DNA of 64,000 bases from contig QHSX01000041.1 of NCBI GenBank assembly GCA_003221695.1, positions 93,486-157,485 on the forward strand, in the 5' to 3' direction. The DNA comes from Candidatus Rokuibacteriota bacterium (GTDB lineage Bacteria > Methylomirabilota > Methylomirabilia > Rokubacteriales > CSP1-6). The position numbers and the translations under genes are program-made. Below, one piece after another: positions 37,311-47,187 of this stretch; within the stretch, counting starts at the first letter, position 1, and each line of letters starts with the position of its first letter. The notes under the pieces were generated by a model. That model was not told the DNA's origin. It made no database searches and saw only the letters and a list, made by a program, of their open reading frames with translations.

Positions 37311-37751
37311 TCAACCGGTGTCGGCGACGAGGCGAGTCGCCTCGATGCCCGCCAGGGCACAGGCCTCGTCCTTATCCGACACGTCGCCGGAGACTCCGAC
37401 CGCACCGATCACCGCGCCGCCGGCGTCCTTGACGAGCACGCCGCCGGGCACCGGGACGACGCGTCCCTCGGACATGGCGTTGAGGGCGCCGAAGAAGGGT
37501 ACGAGCTGGGGCTGCTCGGCGATCCGGCGGGCGAGCGCCCGGGTGCCGACGCCCATTCCGAGCGCGCCCCACGCCTTGGCGATCGCGATCTGGGGCCTGA
37601 CGATCCCTGCGCCGTCCTCGCGGGCGAACGCCTTGAGGTGGCCGCCCGCGTCCAGGACCGCGACGGCCAACGGCGCGCAACTCGTCGCGCGCGCCTTCCG
37701 CAGCGCGGACTCGACGATGGTCGTCGCTTGTTGCAGGCTGAGTCCGGTCAT
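37311..37751 (-). CDS. GlcG/HbpS-like heme-binding protein (DUF336)
   Basis: 146 aa with A/G-rich motifs AIAKAWGALGMG and GGVLV.DAGGAVIGAVGVSG characteristic of the GlcG/HbpS family. Confidence 0.7.
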   Translation of the reverse strand: MTGLSLQQATTIVESALRKARATSCAPLAVAVLDAGGHLKAFAREDGAGIVRPQIAIAKAWGALGMGVGTRALARRIAEQPQLVPFFGALNAMSEGRVVPVPGGVLVKDAGGAVIGAVGVSGDVSDKDEACALAGIEATRLVADTG

Positions 37752-37839
37752 ATCGGGTCACCTCCTCGAGAATGGCGCGCCGAAGATTGTATGCCGCCAC
37801 CTTGCAGAAGGACACCGGACGCGCAAGACTACGAGCGCC

Positions 37840-38673
37840 ATGGCCGAGATCGTCGCCGCGCTCATGACGTCCCACGCGCCCCTCATGACTGGACGGCCCG
37901 AGGTGTCGAAGCCCGAGCAACGGGACCGGCTGTACGGCGGCTTCCACGAGCTCCGTCGGCGACTCACCGCGGCCCGCCCCGATCTCATCGTGGTGTTCGT
38001 GAACGACCACATCCAGAACTTTCCATACAGCAACATGCCCGCCTTCTGCGTCGGCCTGGCGGAGGCCTATGACGCACCGAGCCCGGGCGGCGGCCGCTTC
38101 ATGCGGATTCCCCCGCGGAAGGTCCGAGGCGCGCCCGCGTGGGGCATGGCCCTCCTCGAGCGCGGCCTGGCCGCCGGCGTCGACTTCGCGTATTCCTACG
38201 AGATCGAGGGCTGGGACGAGCTGTCGGTCCCCCTACACTTCCTCACGCCGGAGGGAAACGTTCCGATCGCACCGGTCTACACGAACTGCGCGGCGCCACC
38301 GCTGCCGACGCCGCGCCGCTGCCACGAGGTGGGCGCGTTCGTGGGAGAGTTCATCCGGTCGCGGCCGACGCGGGAGCGCGTTGCGCTGCTCGCCACGGGC
38401 GGGATCTCGCACTGGGTGGGCACGCCCGAGACCGGGCGGATCAACCCCGAGTTCGACCAGCGCGTGCTGGATCACGTCGTGCGCGCCGACATCGACCCAC
38501 TCGTCCGTCTCACCCACGACGAGATCGAGCGCGACGGCGGGAACGGCGGTCAGGAGATCCGCAACTGGATCGCGCTGCTCGGCGCCGTCCCCGCCTGGAA
38601 GGGCGAGGTCCTCGCCTACGAGCCGGTCGTGGAGTGGATCACCGGCTGCGCGACCGTGTGGGTGCATCCGTGA
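37840..38673 (+). CDS. class III extradiol ring-cleavage dioxygenase, LigB-type catalytic subunit
   Basis: Trimmed to the ATG at 37840 (MAEIVAALMTSHAPLM...). His ligands in the SHAP...VNDHIQNF...GGISHW context match the LigB/protocatechuate 4,5-dioxygenase beta family. Confidence 0.8.
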   Translation: MAEIVAALMTSHAPLMTGRPEVSKPEQRDRLYGGFHELRRRLTAARPDLIVVFVNDHIQNFPYSNMPAFCVGLAEAYDAPSPGGGRFMRIPPRKVRGAPAWGMALLERGLAAGVDFAYSYEIEGWDELSVPLHFLTPEGNVPIAPVYTNCAAPPLPTPRRCHEVGAFVGEFIRSRPTRERVALLATGGISHWVGTPETGRINPEFDQRVLDHVVRADIDPLVRLTHDEIERDGGNGGQEIRNWIALLGAVPAWKGEVLAYEPVVEWITGCATVWVHP

Positions 38674-38885
38674 TCCGAACCTCGTACGCCCTCAACAAGC
38701 TCCTGACCGCCGTCGCCCGCCAGCACGTCATGAAGGACGGGCTCACCGACGATGATCTCGCCGGTCACGACCTGAGCGACGCGGAGCGCGCCGCGCTCAG
38801 GGCGGGCGACATCACGCGCCTTTATCACCTGGGCGCCAACCCCTATCTGATCCGCCGGGTGTTCCGCTCCCGCTTCCGGATCTGA
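38670..38885 (+). CDS. LigA-like small subunit of extradiol dioxygenase (GTG start overlapping the LigB stop)
   Basis: The GTGA overlap suggests translational coupling. The 71-aa product (VIRTSYALNKLL...DLSDAERAALRAGDITRLYHLGANPYLI) resembles LigA/aromatic-ring-opening dioxygenase alpha subunits. Confidence 0.5.
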   Translation: MIRTSYALNKLLTAVARQHVMKDGLTDDDLAGHDLSDAERAALRAGDITRLYHLGANPYLIRRVFRSRFRI

Positions 38886-39051
38886 CGCTCGGCTGACGAG
38901 CCTCGACGAAAATAGCTTTTATGCAAAGACTTTCCCTAAAAGCGACGATCTCGGCAGAAATATGAAGAGAAGTATGAAAAGAAGGTCTCAACTGCACCGG
39001 CCCGCTGTGGCTATGTGGCTATCGTTCAAACATTTTCACTTCGGCTCATTC

Positions 39052-39066
39052 TGGCACCGAAGTTGA
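39052..39066 (+). promoter_or_regulatory. sigma-54-like -24/-12 element TGGCACC-N4-TTGAA (imperfect -12)
   Basis: Perfect -24 TGGCAC with correct spacing to TTGA, where the consensus is TTGC. It lies in a locally AT-rich stretch directly upstream of the PEP-CTERM gene. If used, translation would start at the second ATG (39095), preceded by AAGAGGG. Confidence 0.3.
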
Positions 39067-39070
39067 ATCG

Positions 39071-39808
39071 ATGCGATTGAAGAAGAGGGTTGGGATGCCT
39101 TCCATCATCAAGGCACGCATGTTCGCGATCCCGGTCGTCGTGATCGCCGCTATCGGAACAGCTGGCACCCTGCACGCGGCCACAATACCAGCGACCCCAC
39201 CGGGAAGCCAGATTTCTGGAACGGGCGCCGGTGGCACCGGCATCGGTTTCGTATTCGCGACGACGGCTCCGGGCAACGACAACAGCATCCTCGGCAGTCC
39301 GAATCTCATCTCCTTGAACTGGGCGTTTACGGCTATCGGCCCGATCGATTTCGTGTTTACACCCGACAACGCGGGTGACACGGGACCCTCAAATACGACC
39401 GAGTATCTCTTCAACAACGTGGAAGTCCACAATATGACCGGTCTCACGTGGACCGGGTTTCAATTCCAGCTGGGCTCCACAGATGATACCGGCGTGTTCC
39501 ACCCTGGTTCCACCCTCGTGGACTTCGACACTCCCGGTAACGATCCCTCACCGACATCCTCGATCGGGTTCTCGTCCTTCAGCCACCTGGACAAGACACT
39601 CGCCTTTTTAGGCGGCTCGGTGGTTCCAAGCTCAACGGTATTCGTCTCGTTCTCGATCGACGTTCCGGACTCGCTCGACTCTCCATTTACACTGCGGGCA
39701 ACACCCGCGGCAACGCCCGCGCCAGAACCTGCCTCGCTCCTCATGCTGGGCCTCGGCCTCGCTGGCGGGGGAGCGTGGCGACGATATCTGCGCGGAGCCC
39801 TCGACTAG
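39071..39808 (+). CDS. PEP-CTERM sorting-domain protein (secreted, exosortase substrate)
   Basis: Signal peptide, then a Thr/Ser/Gly-rich mature region. The C-terminus is PEPASLLMLGLGLAGGGAWRRYLR, which is PEP followed by a TM helix and a basic tail. The start may be 39095. GC is lower than in neighbouring genes. Confidence 0.8.
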   Translation: MRLKKRVGMPSIIKARMFAIPVVVIAAIGTAGTLHAATIPATPPGSQISGTGAGGTGIGFVFATTAPGNDNSILGSPNLISLNWAFTAIGPIDFVFTPDNAGDTGPSNTTEYLFNNVEVHNMTGLTWTGFQFQLGSTDDTGVFHPGSTLVDFDTPGNDPSPTSSIGFSSFSHLDKTLAFLGGSVVPSSTVFVSFSIDVPDSLDSPFTLRATPAATPAPEPASLLMLGLGLAGGGAWRRYLRGALD

Positions 39809-39886
39809 GAATCCTGCTCTCAGCAGGGCCTCTTCCTTAACCTCCGTCGCGGCGTCGCGGGTGAACCATCACGCCGAGCCCGCCAG

Positions 39887-40504
39887 CTACTGCAGGGGCG
39901 AGAACGCAGCCGGCAGGAGGATCTTGTTCTCCTGCGTCAGAAGCCGATCGCTGCTGCCGGGCGGCGGCCAGACGCCCTTCTGCCTCGCCTCGTCCCGTAA
40001 CCGCGCGCGCGCATCGAGACTCGAGTAGGCCCAGACGTGCACGAAGCCATTGGCACGGCCGAACTCGACGCCGCCGGCGAGGACGACGGGCGAGAGCTTC
40101 ATGCGCTCGGGGAGCTTCGCCTCCCACCCGGCCGCCACGTCGGGCAGCGTGCCGGGCTTCAGCGTGTAGTAGCGCAGCTCGAAGATCGGCCCGACCTTCC
40201 CGGTGCGGACCTCGGGTACGAACCCGAACGGAACGACGATCTCCGAGCGCATCGTGCGGACGAACTCGCGAATCTTGGGCGGCCAGTTCGGGTCCTTCGC
40301 CGCCTCGCCCCGGATGCGCGCGCGCTCGCCGAGGTCCCGGTACCCCCAGACGTGGACGACCTCGTTGAGGGGTCCGATCTCCGTGTGCCAGAAGGCGGTC
40401 AGCGCGGAGTACTTCTTGCGGTACTCGTAGGCCTCGCCGAAGCGCTTCTCGACCTCGGCCAGGCTGCCAGGGGCGATCCCATAGGTTCGGATCTCGTAGA
40501 TCAC
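39887..40504 (-). CDS. NIPSNAP family protein (tandem NIPSNAP domains)
   Basis: Two repeats of about 100 aa, each beginning xYExRxY...PG and containing VHVW.Y..L..R. Confidence 0.8.
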   Translation of the reverse strand: MIYEIRTYGIAPGSLAEVEKRFGEAYEYRKKYSALTAFWHTEIGPLNEVVHVWGYRDLGERARIRGEAAKDPNWPPKIREFVRTMRSEIVVPFGFVPEVRTGKVGPIFELRYYTLKPGTLPDVAAGWEAKLPERMKLSPVVLAGGVEFGRANGFVHVWAYSSLDARARLRDEARQKGVWPPPGSSDRLLTQENKILLPAAFSPLQ

Positions 40505-40610
40505 GGTGGTCTCCTTTCTCGACGCGCCCCGGTCGGGCGCACCTCGTGCCGCGCCGGGAGTCTAGCACCGCCCGCGGCGAGCGGGAACTGCCCTTGACAA
40601 GCCCGGATGG

Positions 40611-41945
40611 GTGGGCGTAGGTGTTGCACGACCACAACCCGTCGGGAGGTGCGCCGTGTGTTTCATCCACTCGGATAGTGCCGTCTCGCGACGAACGTTC
40701 ATCGAGCAATTCTCACTGGGCGCGGCCGCGGCGGCGGCTGTCGCCGGCATCGGCTCGAGGCTTGCCGCGGCCGGTGAGGGCGTGACCGCTCCGGGCGTTG
40801 GTCGACCGGACATCGTCGTCGCCGAAGCCGCGAACCCCCCGGCGGGTGGAGGCAGGACCATCGACGGCTTCTCGAAGGTTCTCCACAACCGATGGAACCA
40901 GGATATCCCGGCCGTCGCGAAGGTCCGTGAGGGTGAGGCGGTCCAATTCTTGTGCCGAGATGCGCTGGATATCGGGACGGCGGCCAGGACACTCAGGCCC
41001 GACGGCGTCCTCACGCTCGATCTCGGGAAGGTGCATCCGCTCACCGGTCCCGTCGAGATCGAGGGTGCGAAGCCCGGGGACATCCTGGAAGTCGAAATCG
41101 TGGACGTCGCTCCGCTCGTCGACTTCGGGTACGTCGTCATCGGTCCGGCTCTCGGCCTCTTCGGAGGTCTCCGACCCGATGTCCTGGCCGCCTTCCACCA
41201 GTTCACCGAAGCTTCCGAGCTCAGCGACCCGAGTCCCGGAAAAGTCCCCGGGGCCATTCCGGCGGATCAGCCGTTCAACAGCGGCGCGCCATTCGTCCAG
41301 ATCTTCACCTTCAACAAGGGCCAGAACACCGGGTTCGCGACGTTCGAGGGCAAAGACACCGGAAGGAAGGCCAAGATCCCGATCGCCCCGTTCATGGGGG
41401 TGTATGGGGTAGCACCGCTCCGAAAGGGCATGTATCGCACGGTCCCGCCGAATGTGAGCGGCGGGATGGGCGGCAACACGGACATCAAGCAGTTCGTCAA
41501 AGGGTCGAAGATCCAGTATCCCGTCTTCGCGGACGGTGCGAAGTTCTCGGTGGGCGACGGTCACATGGCCCAGGGCGACGGCGAGGTCTGCGTGACCGCG
41601 ATCGAGACCCTCATGGCGGTGACGTGCAGGTTCAAAGTGATCAAGGACACGATCATCGAATCGCCCCGTGCGATCGTTCCGGCGGCCAACCCCAGCGACT
41701 TCGGGCTGACAAAGGACATGCTGGCGAAGGGGTTCTACCATACCACCGGGGTCGGACCCGATCTGATGGACGACGCTAAGCAGGCCGTGCGGGCGATGAT
41801 CGACTGGCTCGTGCGAGATCAGGGCCTCAGCCTCCACGAGGCCTACGCCATCTGCAGCGTCGCGGGCGATCTCAAGATCAGCGAAGTGGTGGATATCCCG
41901 AACTGGGTGGTGTCGATGACGGTGCCTCGAGGGATCTTCGACTAG
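40611..41945 (+). CDS. acetamidase/formamidase (FmdA/AmdA) family protein, Tat-exported
   Basis: Tat motif SRRTFIEQFSLGAAAAAAVAG. Family segments GPVEIEGAKPGDILEVEIVDV and CSVAGDLKISEVVD. Confidence 0.85.
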   Translation: MGVGVARPQPVGRCAVCFIHSDSAVSRRTFIEQFSLGAAAAAAVAGIGSRLAAAGEGVTAPGVGRPDIVVAEAANPPAGGGRTIDGFSKVLHNRWNQDIPAVAKVREGEAVQFLCRDALDIGTAARTLRPDGVLTLDLGKVHPLTGPVEIEGAKPGDILEVEIVDVAPLVDFGYVVIGPALGLFGGLRPDVLAAFHQFTEASELSDPSPGKVPGAIPADQPFNSGAPFVQIFTFNKGQNTGFATFEGKDTGRKAKIPIAPFMGVYGVAPLRKGMYRTVPPNVSGGMGGNTDIKQFVKGSKIQYPVFADGAKFSVGDGHMAQGDGEVCVTAIETLMAVTCRFKVIKDTIIESPRAIVPAANPSDFGLTKDMLAKGFYHTTGVGPDLMDDAKQAVRAMIDWLVRDQGLSLHEAYAICSVAGDLKISEVVDIPNWVVSMTVPRGIFD

Positions 41946-42005
41946 CCGGCCAGAGACACCATGGGCGCCGACTCGGCGCCCATGGTGTCTCTCAGTGGCC
42001 GCGCG

Positions 42006-42848
42006 TCACTTCAGCTCCTTCAAGACCTCCGTGACGTCGAGCGGTGTCAGGCTGATCTCGATGCGGCGATTCTCGGCCTTGCCCTCCGGCGTGTCATTGC
42101 TCGCGACCGGCCGGAAGGGTCCGTAGCCGACGGCCGCAAGATTCTTGGCGTCGACGCCGGCCTTCTCCTCCAGGTAGCGGAGCACCGTCGTCGCCCGCAC
42201 TGCGGACAGCTCCCAGTTGGTCGGGAACTGCTGACGAAGCGCGACGCTGATCGGCACCGAATCCGTGTGTCCTTCGATCCGGATCTGCTTGTCCCTCACC
42301 CCCTGCAACACCTGTCCGACCTTACTCAAGACTTCCTTGCCTTGGGGCTTGATCTCGGCCTTGCCCGAGTCGAACAGGATCTTCTCTACCATCTGAACGG
42401 AGAGCTTGTCCCGGATCTGGGTGACCTTGATCTCGCCCTTCGAGATCTCGCTCTTGAGGTCCTTGACCAGGCTGTCGTAGGTGCCCTTGAGGCGGTTGAT
42501 CTCCGCGTCCTTCTGCGCGGTCGCCTCGGCCGCCCGCTTTTCCGCATCCGAGAGCCGGTCGTTGAGCGCGGCGACGTCACGCTCCAGGCCGGCCTTCTTC
42601 GCCTCCAGATCGGTCGACTGCTGATCGAGGGACGCGATCTTCTGATTCAGGGACGTGATCTGCCCCTCGCGCCGCGCGACCTCTTCGCGCTGGCTGGCGA
42701 CCTGTGACCGGAGCGAGGCGATGTCCTTTTCCAGCGTGGCCCGCTCCGCTGACGTCGTGCTCTCCAGCTCGCGGTACTTGGACGACGAGACACACCCGGT
42801 CAGCAAGCCTGCGACGAGAAGCGGGACGAAGAGATAGCTCCTCTGCAT
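42006..42848 (-). CDS. OmpA-family lipoprotein with long coiled-coil linker
   Basis: Start at the internal Met (MQRSYLFVPLLVAGLLTGC lipobox). About 150 aa of coiled coil is followed by an OmpA C-like domain (IRIEGHTDSVPI...NRRIEISL). Confidence 0.8.
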   Translation of the reverse strand: MQRSYLFVPLLVAGLLTGCVSSSKYRELESTTSAERATLEKDIASLRSQVASQREEVARREGQITSLNQKIASLDQQSTDLEAKKAGLERDVAALNDRLSDAEKRAAEATAQKDAEINRLKGTYDSLVKDLKSEISKGEIKVTQIRDKLSVQMVEKILFDSGKAEIKPQGKEVLSKVGQVLQGVRDKQIRIEGHTDSVPISVALRQQFPTNWELSAVRATTVLRYLEEKAGVDAKNLAAVGYGPFRPVASNDTPEGKAENRRIEISLTPLDVTEVLKELK

Positions 42849-43054
42849 ACGTGGTGTCTCCTCTCTACGAGTGCCGGGCCAACGAACTCGAGCCTCTCCG
42901 GGCACGTCATTTGGCCCCGCACGCTGCGGTCTCGCTCGGCGAGTAGCCGAATCATGTTTGAGGCCACACGAGCGGCACGATCCACCTAAATTGTAGGATG
43001 ATCGGGGCGTTTGTCACGCCTGATTTTCGACCGGGCCGTAGGGCGCCGCCGGCC

Positions 43055-44287
43055 TCAGCCGCGCAGGTGAGACGTGCCCAGCGCGAAGAACCCCCAGCTC
43101 ACGAGCACGGCGAGCGGCGCCGCGCCGAACGGCACGGCATACGAGCCGGTCAGGTCGTAGAGGAACCCAGCGGCGGCGGGGCCGAGCGCAGCCCCCGAGC
43201 GCCAGCCGAGGGTCAGCACGCCCATGATCGCGCCGAGCGCCCGCACGCCGAACACGTCGGGGACCACCTTCACGATCATCGTGTCCGTCGCCGCAAAGCC
43301 CGCTCCGAACACGGCCAGCGAGGCGAGCAGCGCCTCCCGCGAGGGGACCCACACGAGCGCGACCAGGGCGAGTGTCTCGAGCACGTAGGCGACGCAGATG
43401 GTCGTGAGCGTGCCGAGCCGGTCGGACACCGCGCCGGCCGTGAGACGCCCGCCCACCGAGCCGACGCCGTAGGCGCTGAGCGCGAGCGAGGCGCCCGCAA
43501 GGCCGATGGACCGGTCGCGCGCGAACGGCACGATGTGCACGGAGATCATCAGCGCGACGCCGCCGAGCAGGAGCCAGGAGACATTCAGGTACCACTGACG
43601 CGGATCGGCGAGCGCGTCGCGGAGCGTGACGCTCGCCATAGGAGAGGGGCCGCCGCGCGGGTCGGCCGCGCCCCTCACCTCGGCGTCCCGCGCCGGGCGT
43701 CGGAGGGACGCCACCTCCGCCGCGCGGGGCAGGCGGACGGTCAGCGCGGCGAGCATCGTGACCAGCCCGGAGCCGCCCCCGAGGAGCGCATAGGCACCGC
43801 GCCAGCCGAACCCTGTGATGAGCCACGCCGCGAGCGGCCCGCCCAAGATGTACCCGAGGCTGAATCCCACCAGGACGAGGGCGAGGGCGAGCCCGCGGCG
43901 CTCGTCGAACCAGCGCATCACCGTCGATGCGCTGAGCAGGTAGAAGCTCGACATGCCCACGCCGCCCACCACCCCGACGACGAGGTAGAGGTGCCACAGC
44001 GCGCCGACCATCGAGACGAGGGCGAAGCCCGCGCCGGCCAGGGCGAGCGTCAGGACGAGCATGACGCGGGGCCCGTGGCGGTCGGCGAGGGCGCCGATGC
44101 CGAAGCCGGCCAGGCCGCCGAGCACCAGGTTGACCGAGAGCGCCGTCGAGATGGCGCCTCGGCTCCACCCGAAGCTCTCGGCGAGGACGGGGAGGAACAC
44201 GCCGTACGCGGCGAGCGGGGTTGCGATGCCGAAGGTGATCATGAACAGGGCGGCAACGATCAGCCAGCGACGGGCGGGGGGACGCAT
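43055..44287 (-). CDS. MFS transporter
   Basis: Trimmed to the internal ATG at 44287. Twelve predicted TM helices with MFS loop motifs (GALADRHGPR, GAVSDRLG). Confidence 0.8.
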   Translation of the reverse strand: MRPPARRWLIVAALFMITFGIATPLAAYGVFLPVLAESFGWSRGAISTALSVNLVLGGLAGFGIGALADRHGPRVMLVLTLALAGAGFALVSMVGALWHLYLVVGVVGGVGMSSFYLLSASTVMRWFDERRGLALALVLVGFSLGYILGGPLAAWLITGFGWRGAYALLGGGSGLVTMLAALTVRLPRAAEVASLRRPARDAEVRGAADPRGGPSPMASVTLRDALADPRQWYLNVSWLLLGGVALMISVHIVPFARDRSIGLAGASLALSAYGVGSVGGRLTAGAVSDRLGTLTTICVAYVLETLALVALVWVPSREALLASLAVFGAGFAATDTMIVKVVPDVFGVRALGAIMGVLTLGWRSGAALGPAAAGFLYDLTGSYAVPFGAAPLAVLVSWGFFALGTSHLRG

Positions 44288-44405
44288 CCGCCGATTTCTA
44301 TCACATCGCCGCGGGCTGCGTAGTGGGACCCGCACGCGCGCCTGTCCTCGCCCCCGCGTTTGGTGTATAACTAACGACGGCAACTCCAAGGGAGGAGAGA
44401 ACGAC

Positions 44406-45005
44406 ATGGCCCAGCTGAGGATCCCACTGGACGCGCAGCGCTTCGCCAAAGGCCTGACCTGGAAGGACTACATGGCCCAGATGGGTGACACCCGGGTTCG
44501 CACCGAAGACAACTACGCGAAGTCGGGCCTGACCGACGACGAGCGGAAGTTCTTCGGCACCGTCACCGCGGTGCGGTACGTGCTGATGCTGGCCGAGAAC
44601 TGGTGCGGGGACGTCCATCGGAACTCGCCGCTGATCGCGCACATCTCGGAAGCCATGCCGAACGCCGAGCTGCGCGTGTTCTTCCGTGATCAAAACGCCG
44701 ATCTGCGAGACGCGTTCCTCAACAACGGCTACCAGTCCATCCCGGTCGTCGTCTTCTTCGACCGTGACTGGAACGAGATCGGCCGCTGGATCGAGCGCGC
44801 GCACGCCGCGACCGCCAAGGTCATCGGGATCCGCGCCAAGACGCTCGACGTCGCGCCGAAGGACAAGCAGGACGCGGCGATGGCCGAGTACAGGAAACTG
44901 GTGCAGGTCGAGTACGACGCGCCCGGCGGTCCGCTCTGGCGCGCGGCGGCGCAGGAGGTGCGGCTCTTGCTGGACCAGCAGTTGGGGCTCGCGCCCAAGA
45001 AGTAG
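44406..45005 (+). CDS. thioredoxin-fold family protein (single-Cys WCGDV motif)
   Basis: ATG at 44406 with RBS GGGAGGAG. An ENWCGDV thioredoxin-like motif in a roughly 200-aa protein. No signal peptide. Confidence 0.6.
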   Translation: MAQLRIPLDAQRFAKGLTWKDYMAQMGDTRVRTEDNYAKSGLTDDERKFFGTVTAVRYVLMLAENWCGDVHRNSPLIAHISEAMPNAELRVFFRDQNADLRDAFLNNGYQSIPVVVFFDRDWNEIGRWIERAHAATAKVIGIRAKTLDVAPKDKQDAAMAEYRKLVQVEYDAPGGPLWRAAAQEVRLLLDQQLGLAPKK

Positions 45006-45042
45006 CCCGGCCGCGGCGGGGTCGAGGGGGGTGCCGCCCCCG

Positions 45043-45708
45043 CTATCGCCGGCCCTCGAAGGCGAGCCGCACGCCGAAGCCGAGCAGCACCGCGCCCGAG
45101 ATCGCCTCGAGCGCGCGGTGGGTCCTCGCGCTCGTCAGGATGACGCGGCCTCGATCGAACAGGTACGCGAGCCCCACGAGCCACACGATCCCCTCGACGA
45201 AGTGGATCCCCGCGAGGAGCAGCGACTTCGCCAGTGCGGGATCGCCGGGGCCGATGAACTGCGGGAGAAAGGCGAGGTAGAAGAGGGCGACCTTCGGATT
45301 CAGGACGTTGTTCGCCAGGCCCTCCACGAACGGGTAGCGGAGCCGAAGCGCCGCGCCGCGCGTACCCCGTCCGGCGCCGGTCTCCGCGGCCGGTCCCCAC
45401 GATCGCGCGTCGCCGGCTCCACGCAGCGCGTCGCGCATCGACCCGAGCCCGAGCCACATGAGATAGAGCGCGCCCGCCCACTTGAGGGCCAGATACGCAT
45501 TCGCGGAATGCGTCAGGATGAGCGAGAGCCCGAGCGCCGAGAGGGTCGCGTGGACGAAGAGCCCGCAGCAGATGCCGAGCGTGGTCACGATCCCCGCCTG
45601 GCGGCCGCCGCGGAGCACGCTCCGGATCACGAGGAACGTGTCGGCGCCGGGCGTCACGGTGAGGAGCGCCGCGACGCCGGTGAACACGAGAACCTGATGG
45701 TCGAGCAT
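45043..45708 (-). CDS. LysE/RhtB family amino-acid exporter
   Basis: Trimmed to the ATG at 45708. Six TM helices with LysE N-motif TPGADTFLV and C-terminal signature NPK..LFYLAFLPQF. Confidence 0.8.
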   Translation of the reverse strand: MLDHQVLVFTGVAALLTVTPGADTFLVIRSVLRGGRQAGIVTTLGICCGLFVHATLSALGLSLILTHSANAYLALKWAGALYLMWLGLGSMRDALRGAGDARSWGPAAETGAGRGTRGAALRLRYPFVEGLANNVLNPKVALFYLAFLPQFIGPGDPALAKSLLLAGIHFVEGIVWLVGLAYLFDRGRVILTSARTHRALEAISGAVLLGFGVRLAFEGRR

Positions 45709-45710
45709 CC

Positions 45711-46685
45711 CTAGCGCAGTCCCTCGGGGTTCACGACGTTGATCGGCTTGCCGTTTGCGTAGGCGAGGATCTGGTCGAAGATCGTGCTGAACATGGTCTC
45801 GAGCCCGCCGCGCTCGACGTAGCCAAGGTGGGGCGTGCAGACCACGTTGTCCATCGCCAGCAGCGGATGCTTGGCCCCGAGGACGGGTTCCTCTTCGTAG
45901 ACGTCCACCGCCGCCATGCCCGGACGTCCCGCGCGGAGCGCCGCCTCCAGGGCGCCCGGCGCGATCAGGCCGGCCCGGCTGGTGTTGACGAGGAGCGCCG
46001 TCGGCTTCATCCGGGCCAGGTCCGCCGCGGTGACGATGGAGCGGGTGGCGTCGACGAGCCGCAGGTGGAGCGACAGCACGTCGGATTCCGCGAAGAGCGC
46101 CTCCTTGCTCGGCGCGACGGCGTGGCCGTCCGTGCGTGCCCGGGCGAGCGAGGTCTCGCGTCCCCACGCGCGCACGGTCATGCCGAAGGCCGTGCCGTAG
46201 CCGGCGACGACGGCGCCGATCCGGCCATAGCCGTAGATGCCGAGCGTCTTGCCGCGCAGGCCGGTCCCGACGGGGAACGCCTGCCAGGTCCCCGCGCGGA
46301 GCGCGGCGACCTCCTGGGGCACGCGCCGGAGCGCGGCGATGATCAGCCCCCACGTCAGCTCGGCGGTCGCGTAGGACGGCCGGCCCGGAGCCATGTCGGA
46401 CGAGACGATCACGCCGCGGCGCGTGCAGGCCTCGACGTCGATGTGCGGGTACACGCTCATCTGGCTGATGAGCCGGAGCCTGTCCAGGCGCTCGAGCAGC
46501 GGCGCGCGGATCGGCGTGCGCTCGCGTAGCAGCGCCAGCGCCTCGGTGTCCTTGAGCCGTGCGGCCAGCACGTCGACGTCCTTCGTGTGGTCGTTCCAGA
46601 TCGTGACGTGGTGGCCGGCGATCTTGCCGAAGCACGCGAGCGTCCGGATCGTGTCCTGATAGTCGTCGAGGATCGTGATATTCAT
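45711..46685 (-). CDS. D-isomer-specific 2-hydroxyacid dehydrogenase family protein
   Basis: NAD-binding [13 protein letters not shown] and the catalytic R/E/H region (TPHLGY). Confidence 0.85.
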   Translation of the reverse strand: MNITILDDYQDTIRTLACFGKIAGHHVTIWNDHTKDVDVLAARLKDTEALALLRERTPIRAPLLERLDRLRLISQMSVYPHIDVEACTRRGVIVSSDMAPGRPSYATAELTWGLIIAALRRVPQEVAALRAGTWQAFPVGTGLRGKTLGIYGYGRIGAVVAGYGTAFGMTVRAWGRETSLARARTDGHAVAPSKEALFAESDVLSLHLRLVDATRSIVTAADLARMKPTALLVNTSRAGLIAPGALEAALRAGRPGMAAVDVYEEEPVLGAKHPLLAMDNVVCTPHLGYVERGGLETMFSTIFDQILAYANGKPINVVNPEGLR

Positions 46686-46686
46686 T

Positions 46687-47175
46687 TCAGCTCCTGAGCC
46701 TCAGTCGAGTCCACGTGCGCCTGACGAGCCCCGGGCGCGGGGACTGCTCGGTCGCCTTGAGCGGAAGCGTCGGCAGGACGCGATCGAAGCCGGCTTCCCG
46801 ATCCCAGCGATTGCGCGCCCACGCCAGCCATCCGAATGCGCGCACCGCCCAGTAGATGACGAGGCGTTGCCACCCCGGAACCGCCAGCACCTCCATCCCT
46901 TCGCGAAGGATCCGATCCGAGCTCGGTCGGGACCGACGCTGCGTCCAGTAGAGCCAGTCGTGGACGACGGCGGCGTTCCCGTACTTGCCCCATTTCGGGA
47001 GCACGATCCAGAACAGACGCGGGATCGACGCGAAGTCGGTCATGAATCCCACGCGCACGTCGATCCGGTCGTCGCTGCCTTCGCGTCCGACGTCGTAGCC
47101 AAACGGCCGCACGATCACCCAGGTGGTGCCGTCGGCGAGCGGTGTGACGACGAGCGCGTCGGTGAATCGGCTCAT
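46687..47175 (-). CDS. DUF1353 domain protein
   Basis: Motifs MTDFASIPR and AAVVHDWLY match the DUF1353 signature (TDGASIP ... HD.LY). Confidence 0.65.
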   Translation of the reverse strand: MSRFTDALVVTPLADGTTWVIVRPFGYDVGREGSDDRIDVRVGFMTDFASIPRLFWIVLPKWGKYGNAAVVHDWLYWTQRRSRPSSDRILREGMEVLAVPGWQRLVIYWAVRAFGWLAWARNRWDREAGFDRVLPTLPLKATEQSPRPGLVRRTWTRLRLRS

Positions 47176-47187
47176 CGTGCGCGCGGA

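Noticed and set aside
40713-41837. 374-aa ORF antisense to the formamidase gene and other long antisense ORFs (2097..2582, 13192..14303, 47694..48878, 48844..49737)
   Set aside because: The same high-GC antisense artefact. Each overlaps a gene with clear family motifs.
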